Positions 1 through 11,300 of a stretch of DNA of 64,000 bases are shown piece by piece; position 1 is the stretch's first letter; each line of letters starts with the position of its first letter. This DNA is from Verrucomicrobiota bacterium. Lineage in GTDB: Bacteria; Verrucomicrobiota; Verrucomicrobiia; Limisphaerales; UBA11358. A program made the translations under genes and the position numbers. The stretch spans positions 3,548 through 67,547 of the forward strand of contig JBEKOG010000026.1 in assembly GCA_049522015.1 (NCBI GenBank), read 5' to 3'. The notes below the pieces were generated by a model. The model did not search any database. It saw nothing but the letters and a program-made list of their open reading frames with translations, and had not been told where the DNA came from.

Positions 1-2432
1 TTGCCATTACCTATAACAACAATTCATTCACAGGTCCAGTTTCCGCTTACGGCGGCGGGGCCAACTGGGGTGGGGCTGGAACAGTCTATCTCAAGACAAA
101 CTCGCAGAGCTATGGCCAGTTGATCCTGAACAACGGCGGGAATGCGGGAACCAACACCACGTTCAACGCCAGTTCCATCGACTTGTCAGTAACGGGCGGG
201 GCCATCGGACAAGGCCCGCCCGGCGGTTGGAGTGTGCGAAACCTTCAAATCAGTACCAACAGCGTGCTGACGACCGTTGCCTCCACTTCGGCTCAAACTG
301 TCAGCGTGACCGGCAACGCCACCATAAATTCCGGCGGTGCCATTTCGGTTGACGGCACCGGGAGTGGAGCCTCATCTGGAATCGGCGCGGGCGCCACCTC
401 TTCCGGCAGCATCAAAGGTGGAGGCGGTCACGGCGGTTTTGGAGCGGCCAACCCTTCCGGATATGGCGGCGCTTACGACTCGATTCAATTACCGGGCATC
501 GCGGGCAGCGGTGGCGGCAATGGCAGTGGCAGCAGCATTGCTCCGCGTGGCGGGGCAGGCGGCGGAGCGCTCCGGCTCACCGTCACCGGCACACTGGCCG
601 TCAGTGGTAGAGTGTCGGCAAACGGCAAAAATGGAGACGTCAACAGTGGCGGCGGATCGGGCGGCAGCCTTTGGATTACCGCCGGCACCCTTGCCGGATC
701 AGGAACCATTTCCGCAAACGGCGGCTCCGGCAACGGGCTCGGCGGTGGGGGTGGCGGCGGTCGCATTGCCTTGGGATACACGACCAGTGCTTTTACCGGA
801 CCTGTCTCGGCTTGTGGCGGCAGCGGTTACGCGAATGGTGGTGCCGGAACGATTTACACCAAGGCCAACAACCAGTCCGTGGGTCAATTGCTGGTGGACA
901 ATGGCGGCCTGTCGGGCACGAACACACCGTTGTCCAGCGCTTATGGCACGCCTGCCTCACCTTTTAACCTTACGGTTGGTGATGGCGCAGTGGTTTGTCC
1001 GCAATCATCCTTCCCAGTGTTGAGCAATCTGAACGTCACAGCCGGCGGCCTGTTTATCACCCTGTCCGGCCAGTCGAACCTGGACTTGGTGGTCCTGCAA
1101 AACGTGGACGTCGCGGCTGGCGGAGCCATTGCCGTGGATGCAAATGGCTTTGCTCAAGCCAGCGGGCCGGGCGCCGGGCAATCCGTCGGCGGATCCGGCA
1201 GCGGTGCGGGCTATGGTGGTCTGGGCGGGGCGTCCGCAACCGCTGCACCCGGCGGCACCAACTACGGTTCGGCCCAACAACCCGTGGACCAGGGCAGCGG
1301 CGGCGGATTTGGATCCGGACCACTTTACGGCGGTTCGGAAGGCGGCGGTGCAATCCGTTTGAACGTGGGCGGCGTTCTCACCGTGGACGGCCAGCTCAGC
1401 GCCAATGGGGATTGGGGCATTCAGGACAATTCCGGCGGCGGTTCCGGCGGCAGCATCTGGGTGACTGCTGGCACGCTGGTCGGGAACGGTCAAATCACCG
1501 CGGATGGCGGTGAGGGCGAATTATATGGCGGTGGCGGCGGCGCCGGTGGACGCATTGCCCTTTATTCGCATGCGAATGTCTTCTCCGGTCTGGTTTCCGT
1601 TTTCGGCGGCGAGGGTGATTTCCAAGGCGCCAACGGCTCGATTTTCTATTCCACAAATCCTCCCTTGCAGGTTCTCTCGTACACACCCTCTGGCATTGTC
1701 AGCAGCGGCGTAAGTTCGGTGAGCCTGGTCTTCAACGAGGCGCCGAATCCGGCTTCATTCTCCGGAACCGACGTGTCACTCACGACTCCCAACGGGCCTC
1801 TGTCCGCAGGTGCATTCACCGTTTCCATGCTGAGCTCCTCCAGCTATAGTGTTAGTTTCCCACTACAGACGGCCGTGGGTAATTACACGTTCACGGTTGG
1901 AACCAACATCAACGACCTGTACGGCCAGCCCATGTCGCAGGTTTACACGGGCACGTTCACCATTTCGCTGCCGGTCATTCAAGGCGCGATCACCGACACC
2001 AACGGACAACCGGTGCCCGGCGTCCTGATCCAGCCGGACGGCGGATTGTCCACCACCACCACCGACACCAACGGCAACTACGCGCTGGGAATCCTGCCCG
2101 GCTGGAGCGGCACGGTCGTGCCGTCGGGCGGCGGCTTCGTGTTTGCGCCTGGCTCGCGGGTTTATACCAACGTGACCATGTCCATCTCGAACCAGAACTA
2201 TGTAGCGGTCATCACCATCGCACCCGCCGTGTCCGCCGGGCTGCAAACCACCAACCTGATGATGAACTGGTTTGGCATCTCTGGGGTAACCTACCAGATT
2301 TATTCCTCCACCAACTTGGTGGACTGGCTGCCTTATGGCGATGCGTTCCCGGGCACCAACGGGCCGGTGTTGCTGCCCATACCAATCAATGGCGAGCCGA
2401 TGAGTTTCTTCCGCGTGCAAGCCAGTAACTGA
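1..2432 (+). CDS. Secreted glycine-rich repeat protein, with its 5' end outside the window
   Basis: Frame 3 is open from base 3. The residues before the listed start (..AYGGGANWGGAGTVYLKTNSQSYGQLILNNGG) repeat an internal unit (..ACGGSGYANGGAGTIYTKANNQSVGQLLVDNGG), so the ORF continues upstream. It has periodic GGxGGxG beta-helix-like units and a C-terminal 'ITDTNGQPVPGVLI..TDTNGNY' segment resembling a carboxypeptidase-regulatory domain. The stop is TGA at 2430-2432. Confidence 0.55.
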   Translation, partial: AITYNNNSFTGPVSAYGGGANWGGAGTVYLKTNSQSYGQLILNNGGNAGTNTTFNASSIDLSVTGGAIGQGPPGGWSVRNLQISTNSVLTTVASTSAQTVSVTGNATINSGGAISVDGTGSGASSGIGAGATSSGSIKGGGGHGGFGAANPSGYGGAYDSIQLPGIAGSGGGNGSGSSIAPRGGAGGGALRLTVTGTLAVSGRVSANGKNGDVNSGGGSGGSLWITAGTLAGSGTISANGGSGNGLGGGGGGGRIALGYTTSAFTGPVSACGGSGYANGGAGTIYTKANNQSVGQLLVDNGGLSGTNTPLSSAYGTPASPFNLTVGDGAVVCPQSSFPVLSNLNVTAGGLFITLSGQSNLDLVVLQNVDVAAGGAIAVDANGFAQASGPGAGQSVGGSGSGAGYGGLGGASATAAPGGTNYGSAQQPVDQGSGGGFGSGPLYGGSEGGGAIRLNVGGVLTVDGQLSANGDWGIQDNSGGGSGGSIWVTAGTLVGNGQITADGGEGELYGGGGGAGGRIALYSHANVFSGLVSVFGGEGDFQGANGSIFYSTNPPLQVLSYTPSGIVSSGVSSVSLVFNEAPNPASFSGTDVSLTTPNGPLSAGAFTVSMLSSSSYSVSFPLQTAVGNYTFTVGTNINDLYGQPMSQVYTGTFTISLPVIQGAITDTNGQPVPGVLIQPDGGLSTTTTDTNGNYALGILPGWSGTVVPSGGGFVFAPGSRVYTNVTMSISNQNYVAVITIAPAVSAGLQTTNLMMNWFGISGVTYQIYSSTNLVDWLPYGDAFPGTNGPVLLPIPINGEPMSFFRVQASN

Positions 2433-2620
2433 TAACCCGGCATTAATTGGCATCCGGAGCACGGCTGGGACGGATGGGTGAAAGCCGGCCGGAAACCGGC
2501 TTCGCTGTTGCCAACAGGGCCTCATGGTTGGGTTGACCGCGCAGCTTACGCAAACACCGGCCGTTTCAACCCCGAAGCCCGCGTTGACACCCGGCAACTC
2601 CGCTCCTACTTTCGCGTGGC

Positions 2621-4735
2621 ATGTTCGAACTCGTTTCGCCATATAAACCCGCCGGTGACCAGCCGCAGGCGATTGCGAAGCTGACGGAGGGGCTGTTGTC
2701 CGGCGCGAAACATCAGGTGCTGCTCGGCGTCACCGGCTCCGGCAAGACGTACACCGTCGCCAATGTCATCCGCAACGTGGACAAACCGACGCTCGTCATC
2801 TCGCACAACAAGACGCTCGCTGCCCAGCTTTACGCCGAATTTAAAAGTTTTTTTCCGAAGAATGCCGTCGAATACTTCGTCAGCTATTTCGATTATTACC
2901 AGCCGGAAGCCTATATCCCGCGCACCGACACGTTCATCGAGAAGGATTCGAGCCGGAACGAGGAAATCGAGCGCCTGCGGCTTTCCGCGATGAGTTCGCT
3001 GTTCTCGCGCCGGGACGTGATTGTCGTCGCCAGCGTGTCGTGCATTTACGGCATCGGCAGCAAGGAGGATTATACGGCCATGGTCATTCCGGTTCGCACG
3101 GGAATGGAATTGTCGCGCGAACAATTCCTCACGCGCCTCGTGGAACTGCTCTACGACCGGAATGACATTGAATTCACCCGCGGCCAGTTTCGCGTGCGCG
3201 GCGACACGGTGGAACTGCGTCCGGCGGGACGCGAAGACGGGCTGCGCGTGGAATTTTTCGGCGAGGAAATCGAGCGCCTCACCCGCTTCGAGCCGTTGAC
3301 CGGCAATAAAATTGAAACGCTCGACGCCGTCACCATTTTCCCGGCCAAACAATTCGTCACCACTGGCGACAAGATGAAACGCGCCATCCTCGCCATCCGC
3401 GAGGAGCTCGGCGAGCGCATCGCCTGGTTCGAGCAGCACGGCAAGCTGCTTGAAGCCCAGCGCATCAAGCAACGGACGGAATACGATCTGGAAATGATGG
3501 AGGAAATGGGCGTTTGCTCCGGCATTGAGAACTACTCGCGCCACATTGCCGGGCGCGCGCCCGGCTCGCAACCCTGCACGCTGTTTGATTTTTTCCCGCC
3601 GGATTATCTGCTCGTCATTGACGAATCGCACGCCACGGTGCCGCAAATCGGCGCGATGTTCGAGGGCGACCGCTCGCGCAAAACGGTCCTGGTGGACCAT
3701 GGGTTCAGGCTGCCCAGCGCGTTGGACAACCGGCCCATGAATTTTCTGGAGTTTCAGTCCATGCAGGGCCAGACGATTTACGCCAGCGCCACGCCCGCCG
3801 CGCGGGAAATCGAGTGGGCACGGCAGAGTGCCGGAACGCCGGCCTCCGGCACGGCTCGGTCAGATGATTTTTCAAAACGTGCCGGGCCGGAGGCCGGCGC
3901 TCCCATGCCCGGCGTCACGGAACTCGTCGTGCGCCCCACCGGTCTCATTGATCCAAAGGTCACGCTCAAGCCGCTCAAAGGCCAGATTGATGACCTCATC
4001 GAGGAATGCCGCAAGCGCGCCGACGCGAAGGAACGCGTGCTCGTGACCACGCTCACCAAGCGCACCGCCGAGGAGTTGACCGATTACCTGCGCGACATCG
4101 GTGTCAACGTGCGCTACCTCCACAGCGAGATTGACGCCATCGAACGTGTCGAGATTTTGCGCGCGCTGCGCAAGGGCGAATTCGACGTGCTGGTCGGCAT
4201 CAACCTTTTGCGCGAGGGATTGGATTTGCCGGAAGTTTCGCTCGTGGCGATTCTCGACGCAGACAAGGAAGGTTTTCTGCGCAGCGAAACCAGTTTGATT
4301 CAGACGGCGGGCCGCGCCGCACGGCATCTCAACGGCGAAGTGATCCTCTATGCCGACGTGATGACCAACAGCATCAAAAAGTTTCTGGCCGTCACCGAAT
4401 ACCGCCGCAAACGTCAGATCGAATATAACCGCGAGCACAACATCACGCCGCGCAGCGTCAGCCGCGCAGTCGAGGAAAGCCTCGCCACCTACGAATCAAA
4501 GCGCAAGGAAGCCGACGCCGTCTTGCGCGACGCAAAACTGGACGTTGACCTCACCGAAACCATCAGCGAACTGGAAGGCGAAATGTTCAAAGCCGCTGAG
4601 GATTTGCAATTTGAAAAGGCCGCGTTGCTCCGCGACCAAATCAAGGAACTCAAACGCATGATTGACGGCAGCAAACCTGAATCCAAACCGGCCAAACCCA
4701 TCATCTATCGCAAATCGAGAAAAAGCCGCGTGTAG
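2621..4735 (+). CDS. uvrB: Excinuclease ABC subunit B
   Basis: The 704-aa ORF carries Walker A GVTGSGKT, YYQPEAYIP, VVRPTGLIDP, LLREGLDLPEVSLVAILDADKEGFLRS and a C-terminal UVR motif FEKAALLRDQIKELK. It also has an extra segment of about 25-28 aa before VVRPTGL (see the repeat at 3828-3913). Confidence 0.95.
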   Translation: MFELVSPYKPAGDQPQAIAKLTEGLLSGAKHQVLLGVTGSGKTYTVANVIRNVDKPTLVISHNKTLAAQLYAEFKSFFPKNAVEYFVSYFDYYQPEAYIPRTDTFIEKDSSRNEEIERLRLSAMSSLFSRRDVIVVASVSCIYGIGSKEDYTAMVIPVRTGMELSREQFLTRLVELLYDRNDIEFTRGQFRVRGDTVELRPAGREDGLRVEFFGEEIERLTRFEPLTGNKIETLDAVTIFPAKQFVTTGDKMKRAILAIREELGERIAWFEQHGKLLEAQRIKQRTEYDLEMMEEMGVCSGIENYSRHIAGRAPGSQPCTLFDFFPPDYLLVIDESHATVPQIGAMFEGDRSRKTVLVDHGFRLPSALDNRPMNFLEFQSMQGQTIYASATPAAREIEWARQSAGTPASGTARSDDFSKRAGPEAGAPMPGVTELVVRPTGLIDPKVTLKPLKGQIDDLIEECRKRADAKERVLVTTLTKRTAEELTDYLRDIGVNVRYLHSEIDAIERVEILRALRKGEFDVLVGINLLREGLDLPEVSLVAILDADKEGFLRSETSLIQTAGRAARHLNGEVILYADVMTNSIKKFLAVTEYRRKRQIEYNREHNITPRSVSRAVEESLATYESKRKEADAVLRDAKLDVDLTETISELEGEMFKAAEDLQFEKAALLRDQIKELKRMIDGSKPESKPAKPIIYRKSRKSRV
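3828..3913. repeat. Two hairpin repeats lying in frame inside uvrB
   Basis: The first hairpin is GTGCCGGA-N9-TCCGGCAC (3828-3852). The second is GCCGGGC-N19-GCCCGGC (3881-3913). Together they encode ..SAGTPASGTARSDDFSKRAGPEAGAP.., which from memory has no counterpart in E. coli UvrB at this position (..GGDVVDQVVRPTGL..). Confidence 0.6.
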
Positions 4736-4736
4736 C

Positions 4737-5666
4737 CTACTGGGCCAGTTTCGGTATCACCCGCTCCGCCAGCACGTCCGCCGCATTTTCGAGGGCCGTC
4801 TTGGCGGCGGTCTGCTCGGCCACGTCCACGCCCACGCTGGTTTGACGGTCCACCACCAGAACGTTTCCAGTGGCGACGTCGCGAACCTTGATTTCGATGC
4901 GCGACTTGCAGGAAATCAGATTGCCCTTCTGCATGCCGTAGGCGCTGAAAGCATCACCCGAAATTTCAATGGCCGGTTTGTTGGTGGAATTGTTGTCCGC
5001 CAGCGTGAAACCGCACTGCTGCAAAATCAGCGACAGTTCCGTCTCCGCTGCGGGATCAATGATGCGCGGCCCGTAATGCCGTTCATTGATCTTCACCAAA
5101 ACCACCGGCAGTGTCTTGCCGGCGAGCGCCTGCTTGACTTTGGCAATTCGTTCCTCGCGCGTTTCCACCTTGGCCACCAGCGTGTCGCTTTTCTCTGAAA
5201 CCACACCGGCGATCTTTTTTGCAAGGTCAGACGAAAGGTCAACGATTGTCTTTGTCGGCGGCCCCTGCACCATTTCGCCATAAACCCGGCTGGTTTCGGT
5301 GCCGATGACCTTGGCGACGATGATGGTCTGGTCGTCCGCTTTGAACACCCGGCCGGTAACCAGCACCTTGGCGCCGGTCAGTTGGCCGATTTTGGCCGCG
5401 CTGTCCGGGCTGACCGTGCCGGACAGGCCGAGTTCCTGTTCGCTCAAAACTTTTTCAAGTTCGGCACGCTCCACCGTGATGATTTGCGGCTCGGCGGACA
5501 AATTGGCATTGACCAGCGTGGCCACCTGGGGCCCGAGACCCCGCACGGCTTCGTCCTTCGACTCGAAGTCAAAGACCGCGACGGTGAGAATGTTCTGCGG
5601 AACTGCGCGGGCAATCGCACCCGCGGCCAGCAGCAGAGCCAGTATGAATGGAATTCGTGTTTTCAT
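4737..5666 (-). CDS. CsgG/HfaB-like periplasmic lipoprotein (putative)
   Basis: It has a signal peptide (MKTRIPFILALLLAAGAIA). The N-terminal domain 'TVAVFDFESKDE..VERAELEKVLSEQELGLSG..GAKVLVTGRV' resembles the CsgG family from memory. It is the last gene of the minus-strand operon starting at 12744. Confidence 0.5.
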   Translation of the reverse strand: MKTRIPFILALLLAAGAIARAVPQNILTVAVFDFESKDEAVRGLGPQVATLVNANLSAEPQIITVERAELEKVLSEQELGLSGTVSPDSAAKIGQLTGAKVLVTGRVFKADDQTIIVAKVIGTETSRVYGEMVQGPPTKTIVDLSSDLAKKIAGVVSEKSDTLVAKVETREERIAKVKQALAGKTLPVVLVKINERHYGPRIIDPAAETELSLILQQCGFTLADNNSTNKPAIEISGDAFSAYGMQKGNLISCKSRIEIKVRDVATGNVLVVDRQTSVGVDVAEQTAAKTALENAADVLAERVIPKLAQ

Positions 5667-6526
5667 GGCGTGTTTTGGTTTCGTGGTTGAGTGTTCAAAT
5701 CGGGCAAAAGAAATAGTTCGGGATTCAGCGCCAGTTTGGAAAAGTAAATCAGGTTGAGTTGAGAGCGGGGATTTTCCGCCAAATTTGCAACCAAGTCCGA
5801 CTGGACAACAACAACTGCACCTTTGCCCTCCGGCGCGAGGTAAAATGAAGGTTTGATTTTGTCCCTTGGCGCCCGTGGCGGTTGAATCCAGATCACCGCC
5901 GCACCTTTCCGGGCAATTTTCTGAATGGTCGGTGCCAAGCCTTCGCGCATTTGCGCCTTTGATTGAAACGGGCCGATGACGGCCAGCTTGCCTTGAAAAT
6001 CGTCCAGAGAGGTTTCTCCCAAGTCAAAAAACTCCACGCCGTTTTGCTTGAGCCGGGGCTTGAGTTCGTTATTCGGATCCAAGACCCCAAAAACGTTTTC
6101 GCCCATCAGCATTTTTATTTCCGCCAGCAGGTTTGTCGGGTAAACCAGCACCTCGGTTTTTCCGACGACGTGGTTAGTGCCTTCCAGCCATTGAATCAGG
6201 AATTGCGTTTCCGCTTTCACCTCCGGGAAATCCATAGCGGCGGATTCGAGCACGGTTTGTCCCGGCAGAATTTCGATTTGTTTCCAAGGTTTTTCAGACA
6301 GCGGAACCGCCGTTGCGGAGCTGGTTTGATAAAGCTGCGTGCGGACGTCGGCGCCTGCGCTTTTGTCGCCGGCATTGTGCCATGTAACGGTGATCTTGCG
6401 CGCATCGCCGGCGAAGACGCATTGCGACTCCCGGTCCGGCAGGAGTTGCAACTGGGCGCAGGCCATGCTCGACCCGCAACCGGCAATTACCAGCAACAAC
6501 CATGGGTTACATGCGCTCATTTCCAA
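5663..6526 (-). CDS. Hypothetical lipoprotein
   Basis: The 287-aa ORF has a lipobox-like N-terminus (LLLVIAGCGS). Its stop overlaps the start of the downstream gene by 4 nt (5663-5666). I recognise no family. Confidence 0.45.
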   Translation of the reverse strand: MEMSACNPWLLLVIAGCGSSMACAQLQLLPDRESQCVFAGDARKITVTWHNAGDKSAGADVRTQLYQTSSATAVPLSEKPWKQIEILPGQTVLESAAMDFPEVKAETQFLIQWLEGTNHVVGKTEVLVYPTNLLAEIKMLMGENVFGVLDPNNELKPRLKQNGVEFFDLGETSLDDFQGKLAVIGPFQSKAQMREGLAPTIQKIARKGAAVIWIQPPRAPRDKIKPSFYLAPEGKGAVVVVQSDLVANLAENPRSQLNLIYFSKLALNPELFLLPDLNTQPRNQNTP

Positions 6527-6578
6527 TCATTATAACCATTCGCGGCGGCGAATCCTTTGATGAAAACAGGGGTTGGGT

Positions 6579-8306
6579 TCATTGTTTGCCGGCGGCATCG
6601 ATCTGATCAGCCTGGGTGCGGGCATCCTTTACCTGATCCGCAGTCATGGTGGTCTGCACTTTATCACGCTCTTCGGCAGCGTTCGGATATTTCTGTTCAG
6701 CAGCCAACTGCAACCATTTCCAGGCTTCCATGGGATTGGCCGGGACACCATCTCCTTTTGAATAACATAGACCGAGATTGTATTGCGCTTCGGCCAGGCC
6801 CTTCGCGGCAGCCTTGTGATACCATCTGGCGGCTTCTTTGGGATCCGGCGTACCATTCATCCCGGCGGCCCACATTTCACCGATGCGGTTAATGGCTTCA
6901 GGAGAGCCCTGCGTTGCGGCTTTATTGAACCAATCGGCAGCTTGGGCAATGTCCTTGGGAACCAATTTGCCCTGGTAATATATCTCGCCGAGATAAAACT
7001 CTGCATTTGCAGATGTTATTTCTGTTTTCCAGCCATTAATCAAGTCACTGGGTTGACGATAACCAAATTCAGTTTTGTCCTTGTCATCTGGAAATCCGCG
7101 ACCTTGAGACCAAAGATGGAACAGACTTTCAATGGCTTCTGTTCCAGAACCGAGGTATTCAACAAATCCGTTTGGATATTTGTCAGGGAAGTTATAATTA
7201 TGATTTTTACCTGCATAAAATTCCGCCGCTTCGCGATCATTTTGTGGCACGCCATTACCCGTTTCATACATTTGTCCCAAACTAAACATGGCGAGATTTC
7301 CGGCATACATGCAATTTTTAACTGCCGACAAAAAAAGATCATGAGCTTTTGTCAAATCTGGCTCCACCCCTTCTCCTTTCTCATACATTAACCCCAACTG
7401 GTATCGCGCGTCACTAACTACACTGCTTCGGCTCCCGTCTTGTTGAGCAGCCTTTTGCATCCATTTGAACGCTTCGGTTGGATTCTTGGAAACTCCGTCG
7501 CCTGTTTGATATTTTTCAGCCAACTGGAATTGGGCGTTTAAATTTCCGCTTTCGGCCGACTGCTGGAGCATATCAATGTTATTCACCTTGTTAAGCAGAT
7601 CGCTGTTCGGATAATACTTGGGCAATTCACCTATTTCTGCCTGCGCTTCGACGTTGCCTTGAGCGGCGGCCTTGAGATACCATGGAATGCAGTTGGAGCG
7701 CTGGTCGTCACCTAGCTTTCCGTAGTTGTATAGTTCGGCCAACGCGAACATGGCCTTGACGTGGCCCTGATCGGCCGCCTTCCGATACCACTCGGCCGCC
7801 TCGGCAAAGTTTGCAACCTGCTGGCCGGACTTGTTGAACTCATGTTCCAGCAAACGACCTAAATCATATTCGGCGGCGACAAGTCCTTGATCTGCCGAAC
7901 GATGCATCCATTTTTCGGCGAGATCGTAGTCTCGATCGGCCCCCTTGCCATTTCCATAAGCCCACCCTAAAAAATCTTGTGCCAGTGCGAATCCTTGATT
8001 TGCCGCCAACCGGCACCAATATACCCCTTGTGTTTGGATATCTGAATCATCGCTTGTGATATCTTGATAACCCAAGTAAGTTTGTGCGGTCACATCGCCA
8101 TTAGTCGCCGCGATTTGAAGTTTGTCCGGATTCACATCCTGCCATTTTGCCGTGAGAGCCTTCATCGTCATCGGCGGGTTTGCGGGGAAAACGGATGTTG
8201 TGTTGTTTGTCGAATTGGCGGCATGGAGACGAATTGCGCCAATTAGTAAGAGCGCCGCAAAATAAACATGGCAGCGCCGTTGATTTAAGATTTGGATAGG
8301 TTTCAT
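6579..8306 (-). CDS. Sel1-like (SLR/TPR) repeat protein
   Basis: It has a signal peptide and more than 10 repeats of the Sel1 pattern (A..WY.KAA.QG...A...LG..Y..G.GV..). One example is 'AARWYHKAAAKGLAEAQYNLGLCYSKGDGV'. Confidence 0.85.
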   Translation of the reverse strand: MKPIQILNQRRCHVYFAALLLIGAIRLHAANSTNNTTSVFPANPPMTMKALTAKWQDVNPDKLQIAATNGDVTAQTYLGYQDITSDDSDIQTQGVYWCRLAANQGFALAQDFLGWAYGNGKGADRDYDLAEKWMHRSADQGLVAAEYDLGRLLEHEFNKSGQQVANFAEAAEWYRKAADQGHVKAMFALAELYNYGKLGDDQRSNCIPWYLKAAAQGNVEAQAEIGELPKYYPNSDLLNKVNNIDMLQQSAESGNLNAQFQLAEKYQTGDGVSKNPTEAFKWMQKAAQQDGSRSSVVSDARYQLGLMYEKGEGVEPDLTKAHDLFLSAVKNCMYAGNLAMFSLGQMYETGNGVPQNDREAAEFYAGKNHNYNFPDKYPNGFVEYLGSGTEAIESLFHLWSQGRGFPDDKDKTEFGYRQPSDLINGWKTEITSANAEFYLGEIYYQGKLVPKDIAQAADWFNKAATQGSPEAINRIGEMWAAGMNGTPDPKEAARWYHKAAAKGLAEAQYNLGLCYSKGDGVPANPMEAWKWLQLAAEQKYPNAAEERDKVQTTMTADQVKDARTQADQIDAAGKQ

Positions 8307-11300
8307 TTTATAGTATGGTTGTGGTGTAATTCATTAAAGGAAAGCACCTTTGTGAATACGCTGTCCGGAAATGCTTCGGTCAATTTTTGCTCAAAGTGAC
8401 TGGCCTGATTTGATTCTCCCATTTCGGCAAAGGACAATTGGAGCAAGAACAAAGACTCCGCGTCCAGTTCATCTTCCACCTGGGTTTGAAGCAATTTGAC
8501 CGCGGCGGCATCGTCGCCTGAAAAAAAGTAATAAACAGCGCGCTCATGTTTCGGCAAATCAGAAATGCGCGCGGCAAGTTCCTCCTTGGAGATACTGTCT
8601 GGCAGCCAGCGTTCGCGCGGTGTGGATTTCAACGTGCCCGCGTCAATTTCCAGAATCGCAAAATTTTCCCCCGGTCGCGCGGCCAGCCACAGTTTCCCGC
8701 CGCCGCACGCCAGGGTTGAAGAGTTGCCCGTGCTCTGAAGGGAGAATCCGCCTACCCAGCTTTGGCTGCCCGGATGATACAATAGTGGATGCGCAGCTTC
8801 CGTCGTGAACACCCACAGAAAATCATCATCCGGGGACACCGACAAAACTCCGGCGGACAAACGGCTTTCCGGAACAAACAAATTGGACTGATTCGTGTCT
8901 GTTTTTCTGGCTTCCAGCAGTCGTTGGCGAAGTTCCAGCTTTTGCCGGATTTCCTTGACGAGTTGGGAATCCGGCTTGTGAGGTGGCGCCTGTCCGGGAT
9001 ACGCGAGGCTTCCGGCGACTTGAACCGTTGGAGAAACAGGAATCCATTGGCTTCGTATTTTCCCGGTGTTTGGATCAATGCCATGCAAACCGGAATCACT
9101 TGCAATCCAGAGATTTTCCTTCCCATCGCTGGCCAGGGAATTAATGCGGCCCATTTTATCAAGAGACGGTGGATCGACCATTCGGGTCCACGTGTTCGAT
9201 TTAAAATCACAGAGCAGCAACTGGCTGTTGTAAAGAAGCAGTTTGTCTTTCAATCCTGCAATACGTCTCAAGTCGCCGCCAAACATGAAATTTTGATGCG
9301 GTATTCCGGGAAGGAATGGCTTCCATGCATCTGTTCCATTCTCCAAGATTGACAAATCGCTCAATCCGCCAATCGCCACGATTCCGCGTGAAATGTCCGC
9401 CAGTGCAAATTGGTTCGTGGAAATAATCCCGGCCGACGATTCGTAACGTCGCAACTCGCCGGTCTTCACATTTAGGGCTGCAATCCCATCGTCGTTCAAC
9501 ACCAGCCAAAGCGTGTTGCCATGAAACATCATTCGGTTGATATCATTTGTGGCCAGCGGCCCCGTCACCGGTTCGAGCTTTTGAGTGTTGGCGCCCAATT
9601 CCCACAAGCGGATGTGATCAGTTGAAACGGGCTGAAACTCCTTTTCGATTTGGCCGTTCACGGTCTTGATTTCAAGTGGCTCGGCAACTTCAACTGCCAG
9701 CCAGAGCGTATCATCTTGAAAAACCATGGATTTGACGCCTTTAATCTGAACGCCAGAAGGGAAGGGAATTGTTTGAATGTCAGGTTCGACCAGGGGGGGT
9801 GAAAACGTCATTGGCCGCACGGAAAAAATATCTCTTGCCTTTGCGGCATCAAGTTCAGTAACACGCGGAAGCCGGACTTTCTGCCCGGTGTTCGTCGGCG
9901 GTGGCGGACTGTTTGTTGGTTCGCTATGTTTGCCTTGGTAAGCTGGTTTAAGTTGCGCCAACAGTTTTTGCTCACCGCCGGGTTGACCAATTCCTTTGAA
10001 ATATCCTTTCAATGCCTCAAGATATGTACTGTTAAACTGATCAGGCGCTTTCAGCAATCGGGAAACAAATTCCGAACCAAATTGATTTTGCCATTCGGTC
10101 ACTTCGCGCAAGCCGGCGTCGCGCGGCACTCCCCATTGTGTCTGATTGTACTGCGAATAGCCAAACATCTCAAAAGGCCGCCAGGCCGAAAGCACATATT
10201 CGGTGGCGATGCTCGGCGAATTGGGTTTGGCAAGAGCGGTTGTAAAACCGAATTGCTCGACATATTTCCCCCAAGCCTTGCTGCGCCGTCGGGCAAAGAA
10301 AAACTCGTTCCGGCTGGCGGACTTAAGATAGCCAGTCAAAAGCAAACGCGAAAATTCCTCCTGGGCGGCGGGACTTTCTGCATTGTAACCAGGCAACGCC
10401 GTTCCCCACCGCAAACGCAACAATTGTTCGCGGGCAGCGGCATTTCCAGGATTAAAAAAGCACGCTGTTTCGAGCAGTTGTACGGCATCAAACCATTGCC
10501 GGCGGCCCTCGGGTGAATCAAACGAGAAATTCATTGGCAGTCCGGTGTAACGTGCCACCAATGAATCAGAAATTCGGCTGCGAATATTTTCCGCAATCGG
10601 TTTTGTCAAATCACGACGTAACAATGGCCCGACCGCCAGCGTTAACTTTTTGCCGATTGCTTCGGAAGTTTCATTTGTCACGGTTAAGACCACCACCTGT
10701 GGTTCGCCTCTGCCATCCCAAACGTTCAGCGTCACCTCCAGTTTTCGTTCGTCCTGCCAATCCCTCGTTTTCCAATCGAAAATTTTCCGGTCATTGACCC
10801 GCGCGTCTCCCCAAACATAATGATCCGCGACTTTTTCCCAAGAGTTTGAATCGGTTTCCGCCAGCCCGCTCAAGACAAGATTGGCCTCGTCCATCGCCGC
10901 GCCGGAGCGTTGAAATTGGACGAGATGAAATTTTTGACTGTTTGTTGACGCAGCCGAAAGTGACTGGCGAAAATCATTTTCTAGATTATCAAATCCACCG
11001 CCCATTCCGCTTTGCGGCAAAAATAAAAAAGCGACCACATCTTGTTTTTCCAAATTCCGGGAAATCTTCTGCGCATTTTCCAACAAAGAGCGCAACGCTG
11101 CAGATACAAGCGGCATATATTCGGATTTCATCCGAAACGGTCCGTCTTCGGTCGTCGAAAGTAAAAGGTTTGTTTCGACAAGCACATCCGCGCGCTGCAA
11201 ATCCACTACTTCAAGCGAAAGCTTTCGATTGCCATTCCAGTTAGTTGAAACGTCGCCGAAAATTCCCCAGTCCGCCTTAACCCAACGCCCACTGCGGATC

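Noticed and set aside
2606-3700. A 364-aa ORF antisense to uvrB.
   Set aside because: It lies entirely opposite a confidently identified gene, is low-complexity and Arg/Ala/Gly-rich, and is typical of open antisense frames in high-GC DNA.
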